From Eledone cirrhosa (lineage: Eukaryota), in NCBI GenBank assembly GCA_964016885.1, contig OZ024741.1, positions 361,956,001 through 362,020,000 on the forward strand: a stretch of DNA of 64,000 nt, in the 5' to 3' direction. Shown piece by piece: positions 39,827 through 52,119 of this stretch. Made by a program: the position numbers and the translations under genes. The notes beneath the pieces were generated by a model, which searched no databases, had not been told where the DNA came from, and saw only the letters and a list, made by a program, of their open reading frames with translations. How positions within the stretch are numbered: the first letter of the stretch is position 1; every line of letters starts with the position of its first letter.

Positions 39827-40260
39827 GTATCAATTGTATTGGATTCATCATTCTGGGAGAAGCTGCAAAAGTCATGAGCACTACATCCATTCTTCTGACT
39901 TATTTATGTATACAAAAACAAAGAAAGACATGAGTTAAAAGAACCAGGTAGATCTTATGATTTCGCCTGCAGTATGTTATGATATTGAAACACTGTAAGA
40001 TTTCTACTGTATCAGAGTTGGTGGGGGGGTGGGGGTGGGGGGGCAGTTAATTAGTGGAATGTTTGGTATGAATGTGTATAGCAGTTGACATAGAGAGTGA
40101 AAAAGAGAAAGAGGGAGCTGAGAGTGAGTGGGGAGAGAGCAGGGAGGGAGAGGGGTAATAGATGGATATATTGAGAAAGAAAGAAAGAAAGAGTGAGTGG
40201 AAGTGAGAGAGAGAAGAGAAATAGAGAGGAAGAAAAGGATAAGTAGAAAGATACTTAGTT

Positions 40261-40478
40261 TTAACCCTTTAGCATTTACATTACTTTATATATACTATTG
40301 TATTTTCTCTGTAAAAGCTTTATCTTACATAATATCTCACATAATATTGAATCTATGAGATTTTGGTATTATTTATTTTGAGAACAATACCTTAACCTAA
40401 GTATGAGTGGCTAGTTACAGCCAGTTTGAATAGAAAGAGGTGATGGAATTCTGGCCAGTTGTGGCCGGCTTAAATGCA
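40261..40478 (+). mobile_element. piggyBac-type MITE
   Basis: TTAACCCTTTAGCATTTACATTAC start; same family. Confidence 0.8.
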
Positions 40479-40489
40479 TTTGTGGAATC

Positions 40490-40927
40490 ATGATATGAGG
40501 CCTATGGTTAGAGTGTTGGGCTCATAATAGTAAGATCATGAGTTCGTTTCCCTGGACTGGGCAATACATTATGTCCTTGAGCAATATATTTCATTTCAAG
40601 TTGCTGCAACTCACTCAGCCAGAGAAAAGGAGTTGCCAAGCTGCATCAGAATTGACCTTGCCCTTGGATACCATAGGTGTTGTGGAGAGAGGAGATTTTC
40701 AAGCAAAAGCAGCTTGCCTAGGGTTGTGTCTTGGAGAGGAATTTTTACAGATGCAAACTCATGGTTAGTCATGGTAAAAGGTAGCCTGAGAGTGGAAGAA
40801 TCTATGACAAGGAAGTTTGTGAATAACTATTTGTGAACCAGGAAAGAGATGACAGAAGTTGTCTGGACTTCTCGCAACCGGAACACCTTTGATCATCGGT
40901 TTGCTCAGATAGGATTGACATGGGAGC

Positions 40928-40969
<42 letters not shown>

Positions 40970-40990
40970 GCAACAACAACAACAACAACT
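40490..40990 (+). mobile_element. tRNA-derived SINE with (AAC)n tail
   Basis: GGCCTATGGTTAGAG...GAGTTCGTTTCC head, TGTCCTTGAGCAA core-like motif, (AAC)n at 40930-40990. Confidence 0.65.
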
Positions 40991-41675
40991 TTGCAGAGTG
41001 TATCCCATTCTGCTCTTATTTATTTCCATAGAACAACACAAATCATGTAAATGAAGTAACAATAAATGACTCAAACCAGGTTTGTGTTTACAGAACTCTG
41101 ATTAGTGTTGGAGCATCTACATAGTGGCCTGAGCTGCTAAAAATAGCAGCCAAATCAAATCACCATCTAAATCACAAATCCCTGTCTTAGATAAGGAAAA
41201 GAAGCATTAATAGAGAAGTGTGCCATAATCTCTGCCCCACCCACCCCACCTGCAAAAGATATGAGGGCCACAGCTGAAATGTTTTCATCTTAGGTCTGCT
41301 TCATCTGAGGCAGGAGAGGATAAGCAATAACAACAACAACAACAAAATGACAGAAAAGAGGGGTGGCAAATACTGAGAGAGATTCTGAAGTAGAATGGTG
41401 TGAAGGGAGAGAGTGGGTGTGTGTGAAGGGACAAGGAGAGAGAGAGAGAGAGTGAGAGAGAGAAAAGGTGGTGGTGGTGAAGGGTGAGGTTTACCAATCT
41501 GGGGATTCAGGTCAATTGAGATAACACTTAACAACTTAATGCTTTCACAGTTGCTCCAGATGGCATGACTGAATAGATGAATGGATCTGAAAAGGTTCAC
41601 ATATGGTAGTTACATAACCATGCTTGCATACATACATACATACATACATTCAGATATATATATATATATATACAT

Positions 41676-41925
41676 AATGGCTGCCCCCTCAATATCCAGT
41701 ATGGCCATTGCACGATATAACATTATTAATAATTATCAATTCATGCTATCGTGCAATGCCTGTGTGTGAAGATTTATTTTAAAGTGAGGAAAGACTACGC
41801 ACTGAACCAATTCCACTCTCTGAGCGACAATAGCTATCACACGAAAAGAAGAAAAGATCAACATCATCAGTAACTACTGAGCCACGGTTGACGATTTGGA
41901 GGGCGCCGGAAGCCCCTTTAGTTTG
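41676..41925 (-). mobile_element. Short bipartite RTE-derived non-autonomous element (sister family)
   Basis: Shares GATGTTGA..TTCTT..GAGAGTGG..CACAGGCATTGC and the 3' end TGGCC.TA..GAG..GGCAGCCA with 59415-59858. Confidence 0.65.
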
Positions 41926-42144
41926 GTAAGTTTTATAAGTCATACTTGTACGTCTCTTAGACGATAAAGAAAACGAAATTAAATAAAAGAAGCTTGTCAA
42001 CGATTTCCCTAGGGAGATAAAAGAAAAACAAAAGAAATCAAAGAAAATGAAGATAAGGACGACGTTAACTTTGACAACAGTTACAAGAATAACTTCAACA
42101 GAAATTACAACAAAAAGAAGCAATAGTGGTGAAAGGTGTGGGTG

Positions 42145-42218
<74 letters not shown>

Positions 42219-42506
42219 CCGGCGTTAGTGTTTGATGAGGTTGAGAACTTGGTCAGCTTTCTTCCAGGTATTTAATCTCCCTAGGTAATAAAATCTGGAG
42301 ACAAAAGTTTTCTCCTTACCAAAAAACAACAACATAAATCATGTCAACATCCTTACACACTTAAATATAAATGCATGTATATATACAAATGTATAAGTGC
42401 ATAGCTATATACATACGTCATTGTATGTATATATGTATGTAGATTTATATATATAATAATGAAATGACAGGAGGCTGGACTTGTGTAAATCCTTGAAAGG
42501 TTTATT

Positions 42507-42564
42507 ATACTATGATCATTTCAATGACCGGGTTCCGTATGAATCCGGTGATATCATCAGGTAT
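42507..42564 (-). ncRNA. Type-I hammerhead ribozyme
   Basis: ATAC|CTGATGA|TATCACCGGATTC-ATAC-GGAACCCGGTCATT|GAAA|TGATCA|TA|GTAT, in an element (about 42456-42893) between TA runs. Confidence 0.85.
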
Positions 42565-42935
42565 TCGAAATATAATAAGTGAATGTAATAGATAAAATCC
42601 ATGGGGCTGAAAATCAAAGACCCGAGGACGACCGCCATCCAGCATCTTCCACCTTTGCCGGTCGCCCTCGAGTCGTGGCTAAAGCTTACAGTGTGCTACT
42701 ACCGGTCAAATAAAGGAAAACAGAAAGGGATCGGAACATAAGTCAGCGTTAATATCATGCCACAAGAAAAAAGAAAGAAAGAAGAGAGAAGAAGGGGGAA
42801 GGAAGAAAAGGAAGAAGAGAAGTCAGGGTTAATGTCAGCTATAAGAAGACAGAAAGAAAGAAGGAAAGGTCGGTATTACAGTCAGGCCAGGAATTTATAT
42901 ATATATGTGTGTGTGTGTGTATATAATATATATAT

Positions 42936-42990
<55 letters not shown>

Positions 42991-43383
42991 GCGCAGTGTG
43001 ACAAGAAGTTTGCTTCCCGACCACATATTTCCGGGTTCAGTCCCAGTGCCCGGACCGACTAAAGCCCTGTGAGTGGATTTGATAGACCGAAACTAAAAGA
43101 AGCACGTTGTATATATGTATATATATGTCTATGTGTGTCTTTGCATTTGCCCTCCCACCAATACTTGTTGGTTTGTTGATGTCCCCATAACTAACCAAGG
43201 TGATGCTCCAGCATGAGCGTAGTCCAGAGACAGAAAAAAAGTAAAGTGTATATATATATATGTGTGTGTGTAGAAGAGGAGTCTCAAACTCAAGGACACA
43301 AAGGGGCCATTACGTCCTGGGGGAGAGGCACAGTGGGCCAAACGTGGCGGTGGGTGAAGATTTTCACCAGTTATAATCATTTC

Positions 43384-43590
43384 TACTATAGGAACAAGGC
43401 ATGAAATTTGGAGTTTAGGGTTCAGTCGATTACATCGATCCTAGTTCACAACTGGCATTTAATTCATTGACCCCAAAAGGATGAAAGGCAAAGTTGAGAT
43501 CGGCAGAATTTGAGCTCAGAATGTAAAAACGGCAGAAGTACCGTTAAGCATTTCGCCAGATGTGTTAACGATTCCACCAGCTCATCGCCT
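43384..43590 (-). mobile_element. Meta/MESC-core SINE (older subfamily)
   Basis: GACCCCAAAAGGATGAAAGGCAAAGTT...TTTGAGCTCAGAA. Confidence 0.75.
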
Positions 43591-43710
43591 TATTTTCCAC
43601 CAGTTATAATGCAATATGAAATATTGGTTCTACTACGGGCCACAGAAAAGTAGTTCGCGGGCCGCATGTTTGAGCCCCCTGTTGGAGATAGATAGATACA
43701 TAGATAGATA

Positions 43711-44198
43711 TGTTTCTTTATTAGCCACAGGGGCACAAAACAAGGGGGATACAAAGGGGGAAGTTTACATATAATAAAAACGTGTAAAATACTATCACAA
43801 ATGCAATTAAAAATTAATCGATTTTCCCCAATAGGGGGAGACATTTCATATGGGTAACACACCCCCGAAAAAATGTGCAACCCTCATCTCCAGGAGTACG
43901 AAGAGTTTGTACCCCTTTCCTCAACTTACAGGCTGATATAGAGAGAAGGCCCATTCACTCGGGCCATTCTCGCCACTTTCACAAAACTTGCTGGGGTACA
44001 GCACCCCTCTCTCCATCCTGATTCTTCTTCCAAAGTGGTATTTGAAAAAAAGAATCAGTTGTTGGCCGTAGAGAAAGGTGTCTGACCTCAGCCCTTTTAA
44101 CCTCGTCCACCATACAACCTCTTTCGCCATAGATATCACACAAAGGAAAACCGCCTCCTCTTCGTTTTTGAAGGAGGGTGGCGGTTTGATCATGACAA
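43711..44198 (-). mobile_element. Tx1/L1-clade LINE, 5'-truncated copy A
   Basis: ORF2 C-terminus plus 3'UTR ending CTAATAAAGAAACA, flanked by (GATA)n on both sides. Confidence 0.9.
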
Positions 44199-44211
44199 AG
44201 ATAGATAGATA

Positions 44212-46311
44212 TGTTTCTTTATTAGCCACAGGGGCACAAAAGCAGGGGACAATTACAAAGGGGAAGTTTACATACAATAAAAACGTGTAAAATGTTATCA
44301 CAATTGTAAATTAAAAGTTAATCGATTTTCCCCAATAGTGGGAGACAGTTCATATGGGTAGCACATACCCCCGAAAAAAATGTGCAACCCTCATCTCCAG
44401 GAGCACGAAGAGTTTGTACCCCTTTCCTCTCTTCCTCTTTTTCCTCAACCTACAGGCTGATATAGAGAGAAGGCTCATTCACTCGGGCCATTCTCGCCAC
44501 TTTCACCCACCTTTCATAAAACTTGCTGGGGTACAGCACCTCTCTCTCCATCCTGACTCTTCTTCCAAAGTGGTATTTGAAAAAAAGAATCAGTTGTTTG
44601 CCGGAGAGAAAGGTGTCTGACCTCAGGCCTTTAAACCTCGTTCACCATACAACCTCTTTCGCCATAGCTATCACACATAGGAAAACCGCCTCTCCTTCGT
44701 TTTTGAAGGAGGGTGGCGGTTTGATCATGACAATGGACTCGGTGGTCAACTAGATTGGTCCCACCAGCGACAATAGTCGTTCTACGTATCCCCACAGGTC
44801 GGTAACGCCCGGGCAGTGTATGAATGCGTGCGCGACGGTTTCTTCGTCTCGCACGCATCTCGGACAGATCTTTTTCGAAGGGTCCCTGCCCGGGCGCCCA
44901 TGTCTGTAGAGCTTGTCTCGAGCTGGTAGAGCTCCTCAGTAGCACTGCCAGGCCAGGGACTTTTGGAAGTTGTCCATCGGTCCCGGGCAGAAGGTCCTAC
45001 CGAACAGACTGGCCAGTTCGTCTTCCTCCACGCCTAGAGTTTCTCCGAGCGCGTCGTCGCACTTGCTGCGGATCAACCCTCTATAGAATGACGAAGTGGT
45101 GTCTCCTCTGATCGCCGGTACCGCCTGCCAGAGGTCTGTGAGTGCCTGAGCACATTCGATGTGCCAGTCGCCCATTTTCCTCGGTCTTTGCTTGACCCAG
45201 GACTGCAGCTCGGTCAGCGAGACGAGTCGTGGTAAGGCTTGCCTCACGAACGAGGCCTACACCGGTTGTCCGGTGAGGAACACGTAGAGATGCCGCATCC
45301 TGAGCGCGTGTTTGCGCATAGTCAGTCACGGCATCCCCAGCCCTCCGTTGGAAGGGCGTTGGCAGCAGATGGATCTTCTCACCAAAGGAGCCCGCTTCTT
45401 CCAAAGGAATTGGAAGAGCGCGCGTTCCATTTTGGTGAGCGTTTTGGCTGGACAAGGCACGACGGTCAAGCGGTAGTAGATGGCGGACGCTATAAAAGTG
45501 TTCGCCACCTCCGCTCGACCTTTCAAGGATAGTTTGCACTCGGCCCACTTCTGGGTGAGTGCAAACACCTTGGCCGTCACCTCGTTCCAGTTCTTCTCCA
45601 CCTGGAGGTCCAGACCAAACCAGACCCCGAGCAGCTTTACCGGTCCTTCCGTCCAGCTTCCGAAGACGCCATCTGAAGGTATCGGTCTGCCACTCCACGA
45701 TCCGAGTTGCAAACCGATGGACTTGTCCCGGTTGATCTTAGCTCCTGGGAACCTTTCGTATTCCTTCAGTAAGGTGCCGACTTCCTCGATTTGCGAGGTG
45801 CTCGACATCATTACTGTCACGTCGTCGGCGTAGGCCGCTTTCCGCAGTCCCGGTTCTAGAGGGATGCCCTGCAATAGCTCCAACTTCCGCAGTAGTGGCT
45901 CGAAAGTCAGTACGTACAGAAGGGGGGAGAGAGGGCATCCCTGTCGGATGGATCGCGTGATATAGAACGGCTCCGAGAGGTAGCCGTTCACCTTGACTTT
46001 TGAGCAGATGTTGCTGTTGTGCATTGCAGCAATCCAGCTCCTGAACACGGGTCCGAAGCCTGCCGCCTCGAGCACCGCATCCAGGTAACGATGGTCAACC
46101 CTATCGAAAGCCTTAGATTGATCCAAGTTGATCAGGGCCCCACCGAAGTCGGGTTTACACCGCATGAAGTGGAGGTTGTCGTGTATGAACCTGGTCGGGA
46201 TTGCGCATGTCTGCGCTTCTCCCACCAGGTTTTCGACGACAAGTTTCAGCCTCTTTGCCAACACCTTGGCCAAAATCTGTAACTCTGTGTTTAGCAGAGT
46301 TATGGGCCGGA
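44212..46311 (-). mobile_element. Tx1/L1-clade LINE, 5'-truncated copy B (RT)
   Basis: RPITLLN..AKVLAKRL, DQSKAFDRVDH, RQGCPLSPLLY, AYADDV, LLGVWF, GGLGMP; (GATA)n on both sides. Confidence 0.95.
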
Positions 46312-46328
46312 AGATAGATAGATAGATA

Positions 46329-47390
46329 TATTTCTTTATTAGCCGCAAGGGCGCACAAGAAAAGGGGACAATACAAAGACATGCCGGGGATTTTACATAC
46401 AGTCGTGTAAAAAATATAAAAACAAACAATTACAACAATCGAAATCCACAATAGGGGGGAGGCGCCACAAATGGGTTGTTTAATACCCCGTCGATAGAAC
46501 AACCCTCAACTTCAGAAGCGTGTTGTGCAAGTGCTCCTTGCTTGCTTTTGCTCTCTTCTTCAACCTACAGGCTTATAAACAGAGAAGGCCCAATCACTCG
46601 GGCCATTTTCACTTCATTCACCCACCTTTCAGTAAATTTACTGGGGTGCAGTGCCTCTCTCTCCACCCTGATTCTCCTTCTAAAGTGATACTTAAAGAAG
46701 GGAATCAATTGTCCGGAGAGAAAGGCATCTGTCCTCAGTCCTCCCAACCTCGTCCACCATATAACTTCTTTCACCATAGCCACCGTACAGAGGAAAACCG
46801 CCTCTTTTTCGTTTTTGAAACAGGCTGGCGGTTTGAACCTTACTATGGACTCGGCAGTCAACTGGATTTGTCCCATACGCGACAGCAGTTGTTCTGCATA
46901 GTTCCACAGATCAGTTACGCCCGAGCAGTGTACAATTGCGCGCAGGACTGTTTCAATGTCTTGCGCGCATCTTGGACACGTCCTCTTGAAAGGATCCCTG
47001 CCGGGGCGTCCGTGCCTGTAGATCTTGTCACGAACCGGTAGAGCTCCTCGGTAGCACTGCCAGGCCAGGGACCTCTGGAAGTTGTCCATAGGTCCGGGCG
47101 GAAAGTCCTACCAAACAGACTAGTGAGCTCATCGTCTTCGACGCCTAGAGTCTCTCCGAGCACGTCGTCGCCCTTGTAACGTACAATCCCTCTATAGAAT
47201 GTCGAAGTGGAGTCTCCACTGATTGCTGCGCCCGCTTGCCAGAGGACTGTGAGCGCCTGAACGCATTCAATGTGCCAGGTGCCCATCGTTTTCGGTCTTT
47301 TCTTGACCCAGGACTGCAGCTCCGTCAGCGAGACGAGCTGTGGGAAAGCCTGTCTCACAAACGGTGCCCACACCGGTTGGGGGTCGGTGA
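46329..47390 (-). mobile_element. Tx1/L1-clade LINE, 5'-truncated copy C (divergent subfamily)
   Basis: CPRC..ETVxxAIVHC knuckle; 3' end CTAATAAAGAAATA; (GATA)n on both sides. Confidence 0.9.
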
Positions 47391-47541
47391 GATAGATAGA
47401 TAGATAGATAGATAGACGTGTACCAAACACACTCACACACACACACATTTCTTACTCTCTCTGTCCCTCCCTCTTTCTGTCTTCATATATATATATCAAG
47501 TAAGTATGTTTTGAAACAGTGAGCAGGTTTAAAATTAGAAA

Positions 47542-47753
47542 ATATATAGCTTTCACCATATTTTTTACTAAAGGAATTTTAGCCTGATAAGGGTGATGTG
47601 TTGGTGTAATGGTAGCACAGTGGTCGTGATAACCAAAGATGTGGATTTGACTCCCATGTACGTCAATACTCATCTTTTTCCATTTATCTGAGGGTTCTAA
47701 ACCCCATTATCAGGCTAAAATTCCTTTAGTCAAAAATACGGTGAAAGATATAT
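47542..47753. repeat. Inverted repeat (~50-bp arms) ending in TA runs
   Basis: 47542-47593 pairs with 47702-47753. Confidence 0.8.
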
Positions 47754-48557
47754 GTATATATATATATGGCGTTATTTGGTGTTGTTGAAAAGAGCAGTGG
47801 CCTTTGACCTGGCAATAAAAACTGGAGACAAAATTCTTTCTGTACCAAAACCAAGGCACACACACACACAGAAGTGTGTGTGTGTGTATGTATGTGTGTG
47901 TATATATATATGTGTGTGTGTGTGTGTCTGTGCGTGCGCGTTTGTGTGTGTGTGTGTGTATCTATCTATGTATATATATAAGGGATACAGATATGTCTTT
48001 CTCGCAGTCACCAAGCTTCTCAATTCATTCGTTTCTACTAAGTATTTTTTTTTTGCTACAAGGTATTTTATTTTGCAAGGTATTATTTTCCCCCTGAGTT
48101 TGTGATTTCAGAGAAAGGTAAGAAATTCTTCATATTTTGCATCTTTTGTATTTTGACTTTACAGTTTGAATTGTAGAATTGTCTATCCACTCAAAATATT
48201 GGAACAGTGAAATATAGAATTTAAAAACAAAAAAAGCTTTTTCGACTGAGATCAAATCTTTGAGAACATTCACGTCTATTTTTCAAAAATATATAATTTG
48301 AAATAGCTTGCTTTTGCTTTGGACTGAAACTTTTTTGTATTTAATTCGTATGAGTATTTTTTAAAGATTCTAACATAACTTGATTTGGCCCAGTAATCTA
48401 CTGATATCAAAATCAGTAGTATATTGAAAAATGGAAAAATAGGGTAGGGGGCGTTTCGTGATTTCGAGGGGAAAAATGGGTTGAGAACCTTTGTCCTAGA
48501 AGAATGCCCTGACAAAGACTAGGGGTCTTTCACTCCCTATATACATTCATACAAACA

Positions 48558-48656
<99 letters not shown>

Positions 48657-49199
48657 TATACATATATATATATATATAATCATGTCGTGTAGACAGACAT
48701 ACAAGCACACCAAAAAAAAAACAAAAAAACTGTGGGGCTCATATGCATGCAAGTGTGCAAATGTGCACCGATTGTCTACATATGCAACAGAAGCTTACAT
48801 ACATACACACAAATATACATATATGCACATAGGCAGACAAACAGATAGAGATGCATACATACACATAAGTGCACATATATACACGGATACGTCTGTATTT
48901 CATCTGCTTGCCACCCACTTTGTGGATTATCTCTTTGTTGACCAATGGCCGTTGGTCTCTGTCCTCTGAGGTATGTCTAGCCATCGCTGTCTTTGACAGC
49001 ATTTAGTTGTTTTAACAGCTGTTCTAGCTGTGATTTTTCTCATTTTTTATATGTATACATACAGATAAATGGATTGAGAGGGACGAGGCTGTGTGGCTAC
49101 TGATAACGAATGATAGAAAGTTAAGGGAAGCAAACAAGAGATAGACATTTTCCCTTCATCAATTGTCTACTACGGGTCACGGATGTTTCAGAGCATTTA

Positions 49200-49510
49200 C
49201 ATACATACATCACACGTACAAACATACATACCTACATCACACGTACAAACATACATACATACATCACACGTACAAACATACATACATACATCACACGTAC
49301 ATACATACATACATACATACATACATACATACATACATACATACATACATACATACATACATACATCACACGTACATACATGCATCACACGTACATACAT
49401 ACATCACACGTACATACATACATCACACGTATATACATACACCACACGTACATACATACATCACACATACATACAAACATACCTACATCACACGTACATA
49501 TGTACATACA
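49200..49510. repeat. (CATA)n-derived minisatellite with CATCACACGTA units
   Basis: Seen directly. Confidence 0.9.
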
Positions 49511-49684
49511 AACATGGACATACACAGCTATTCAGACAGATAACTGGAGCAAATGCCAGCTTTTATTTTCAACGTATAATCAGAATAATGAAATAAGAAC
49601 AAATATTTACAAAAGTCCTCCAAAAATCCATTAAGAAAAGAAAATACTACTACTGCTGCTACTGCAACAATTGCAACTACTACT

Positions 49685-50676
49685 AATAATTGTTTCTATT
49701 ATAGGCACAAGGCCAGCAATTATCCCAGTGCATTACTGGTACTTTATTTTATTGACCCCGTAAGGATGAAAAGCAAAAAGGTAACCTCGGCGGGATTTGA
49801 ACTCAGACCGTAAAGGACCGTAACTCTATGCTGCAAAGCATGTCATCTGACCCTCTACTGATACTGTCAATCCAACTACTAATAATTATTTCTACTTTTG
49901 GCACAAGGCCAGCAATTATCCAAGTGCATTACTGGTACTTTATTTTATCGACCCCGTAAGGATGAAAGACAAAGTTAAACGCGGCGGGATTTGAACACAG
50001 ACCGTAAAGGGCCGTAACTCTATGCTGAAAAACTACTAATAATGATTTCTAGTATAGGCACAAGGCCAGCAATTCGGGGGAGGGGAAAGTCGATTAAATC
50101 GACCCCAGTGTGTTACTGGTACTTTATTTTATCGACCCCGTAAGGATGAAAGGCAAAGTTAAACTCGGCAGGATTTGAACTCAGAGCGTAACTCTAAGCT
50201 GCAAAACAGGGCGTCCCGACCCTCTTCTGATACTGCCAATCCAACAACTAATAATTGTTTCTACTTTAGGCACAAGGCCAGCAAATTACCCAGTACATTA
50301 CTGGTACTTTATTTTATCGACCCCGTAAGGATGAAAGGCAAAGTTAACCTCGGCGGGATTTGAACTCAGACTGTAAAGGGACGTAACTATGCTAGAAAGC
50401 ATGGCGTCCAACCCTCTACCGATACTGCCAATTCACCGCACCAATCCAACAACTAATAATACTTTCTAAACAAGACACAAAACCTGCAATTTGTTGGGAG
50501 AGGGAAATCGAATATATTGACTCCAGTATTTTACTGGTACTTTATTCATTGACCTCGAAAAGGTAAAAGGCAAAGTTGATATTGGCGGGATTTGAACTCA
50601 GAACACAGAAAGTCGTAACTAAATACCGCAAAGCATTTTGTTCGATGCTCTACCGATACTGCCAATCAACCACCCT
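49685..50676 (-). mobile_element. Head-to-tail array of five Meta/MESC-core SINEs
   Basis: Copies start near 49685, 49878, 50035, 50248 and 50452. Confidence 0.9.
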
Positions 50677-50702
50677 AATACAACGAATGATATTGACTAG
50701 AT

Positions 50703-51030
50703 CAGCGGTTGCCAACCTTTTGGACATCACGGACCACTAAATTCATGATTTTAAATCCTGCGGACCACTAATATGGATTAATGGTCAATGGTTGAAATAA
50801 TACTGAAGTGTACGTGTGTCATATTGTCCATAGAAGATACATATGTGTAACATTCTTTCATTGATGTCAGTTCTTTACTGAGGAGAAACATTTTTTAGTG
50901 GAGTTATAAAATATATTTTAACCGAATATTATTTTTGTTTTATAATTAATAAAACAAAAATTGCAAATAATATCCATATTTTTCTGCAGACCACCAACAT
51001 TTTCTCTCGAATCACCGTTTGGTAACCCCC
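50703..51030 (+). mobile_element. hAT (Charlie-like) MITE
   Basis: CAGCGGTTGCCAACC start, repeated CGGACCAC, TTTGGTAACCCC end. Confidence 0.65.
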
Positions 51031-52119
51031 TTCCTGGAAATTTCACAGTATAATTAGAAAGAACCACCAATTATATATGATAGTATATAACTGCCAAGTA
51101 GTTTCATTTATTATGTCAATGAGTAGACTTGAGATGTCCCCTATCTACGTGGGATTTGAATTTCGGTTATATTCTGCATCTGACGAGGTGTGTTTCAGCT
51201 GGAACAACAGATGTGAAAGAATAAAAGGCAAGTGAACTTCAGCGGATTTGAACTCAGAATGTAAAGGGTCCTAACTAAATGCTGCAATGCATTTTGTCCC
51301 ATGCTTTAACATTTCCGCTAATATACTGCATTCAAGAGTACATGTAATAATGTTTATGCTGTTCCCCAAGGGTATTATTTAAGTATATTTTATTTTACAT
51401 TGCATTTTGTGAACAATATCGTCTTTGGTTACAGGCCTCCATCGGTCCAAGCACTGGTTTACTGTATTTTCAATGGCGAGGGAGCGTCTATGCAATACGA
51501 GCTGACCAAATAATGCAGCACATGTAACATTTTAAGGGTTTTCTTGCCCATGTTTACATGTTTCGCCGATACATAACATGATGATGGATCCTCCGTCAAT
51601 TTCGACACTGAGCATTCAGTTGTACATTCAAGTGAAAGTTCGACACATCAAATCAACATGTAAGTCGCTGAGTATTTCACAGACACGTGTAACCTTATTG
51701 AAATTCCCGAGCCGAACCTGCGCGAAACAATATGTTGCAAGGCTGGACCCTTGAATTACATGTACAATACATTCGATGGGCTTTCAATCAGTTTCTATCT
51801 ACTCAGTCTCGCTCATAAGGCATGTATCGACCAGAAGCTACGGTAAAAACATTTGTCCACGTCACGTTGTGTTAGATTTAATCATTGCTACATTTAGCAC
51901 TACCACCTGATCGTTAGGATGCCTTAAGGGGTGTTTACTCAGTTACAAACATTCGGTCCAGGTCTCCAATTTGATGAGAACTTCCACTCTTTAGACCTGC
52001 CAACCTCTAAAAACCCAAACGGGAATACCATGAAAAAAGTGTCCCAAAATGGGGAGAAATGAGGCAAAGTGGGGGAGATTTTACGTAATGCTGAACGTGA
52101 GTACAAACTGCATAAATCA

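Noticed and set aside
42005-42140. Possible coding exon (GDKRKTKEIKENEDKDD...)
   Set aside because: Low-complexity, AAC/GAA-like decay; no recognisable domain or partner exons.
51178-51225. CTGACGA...GAAA on the plus strand
   Set aside because: No stems in the hammerhead register.
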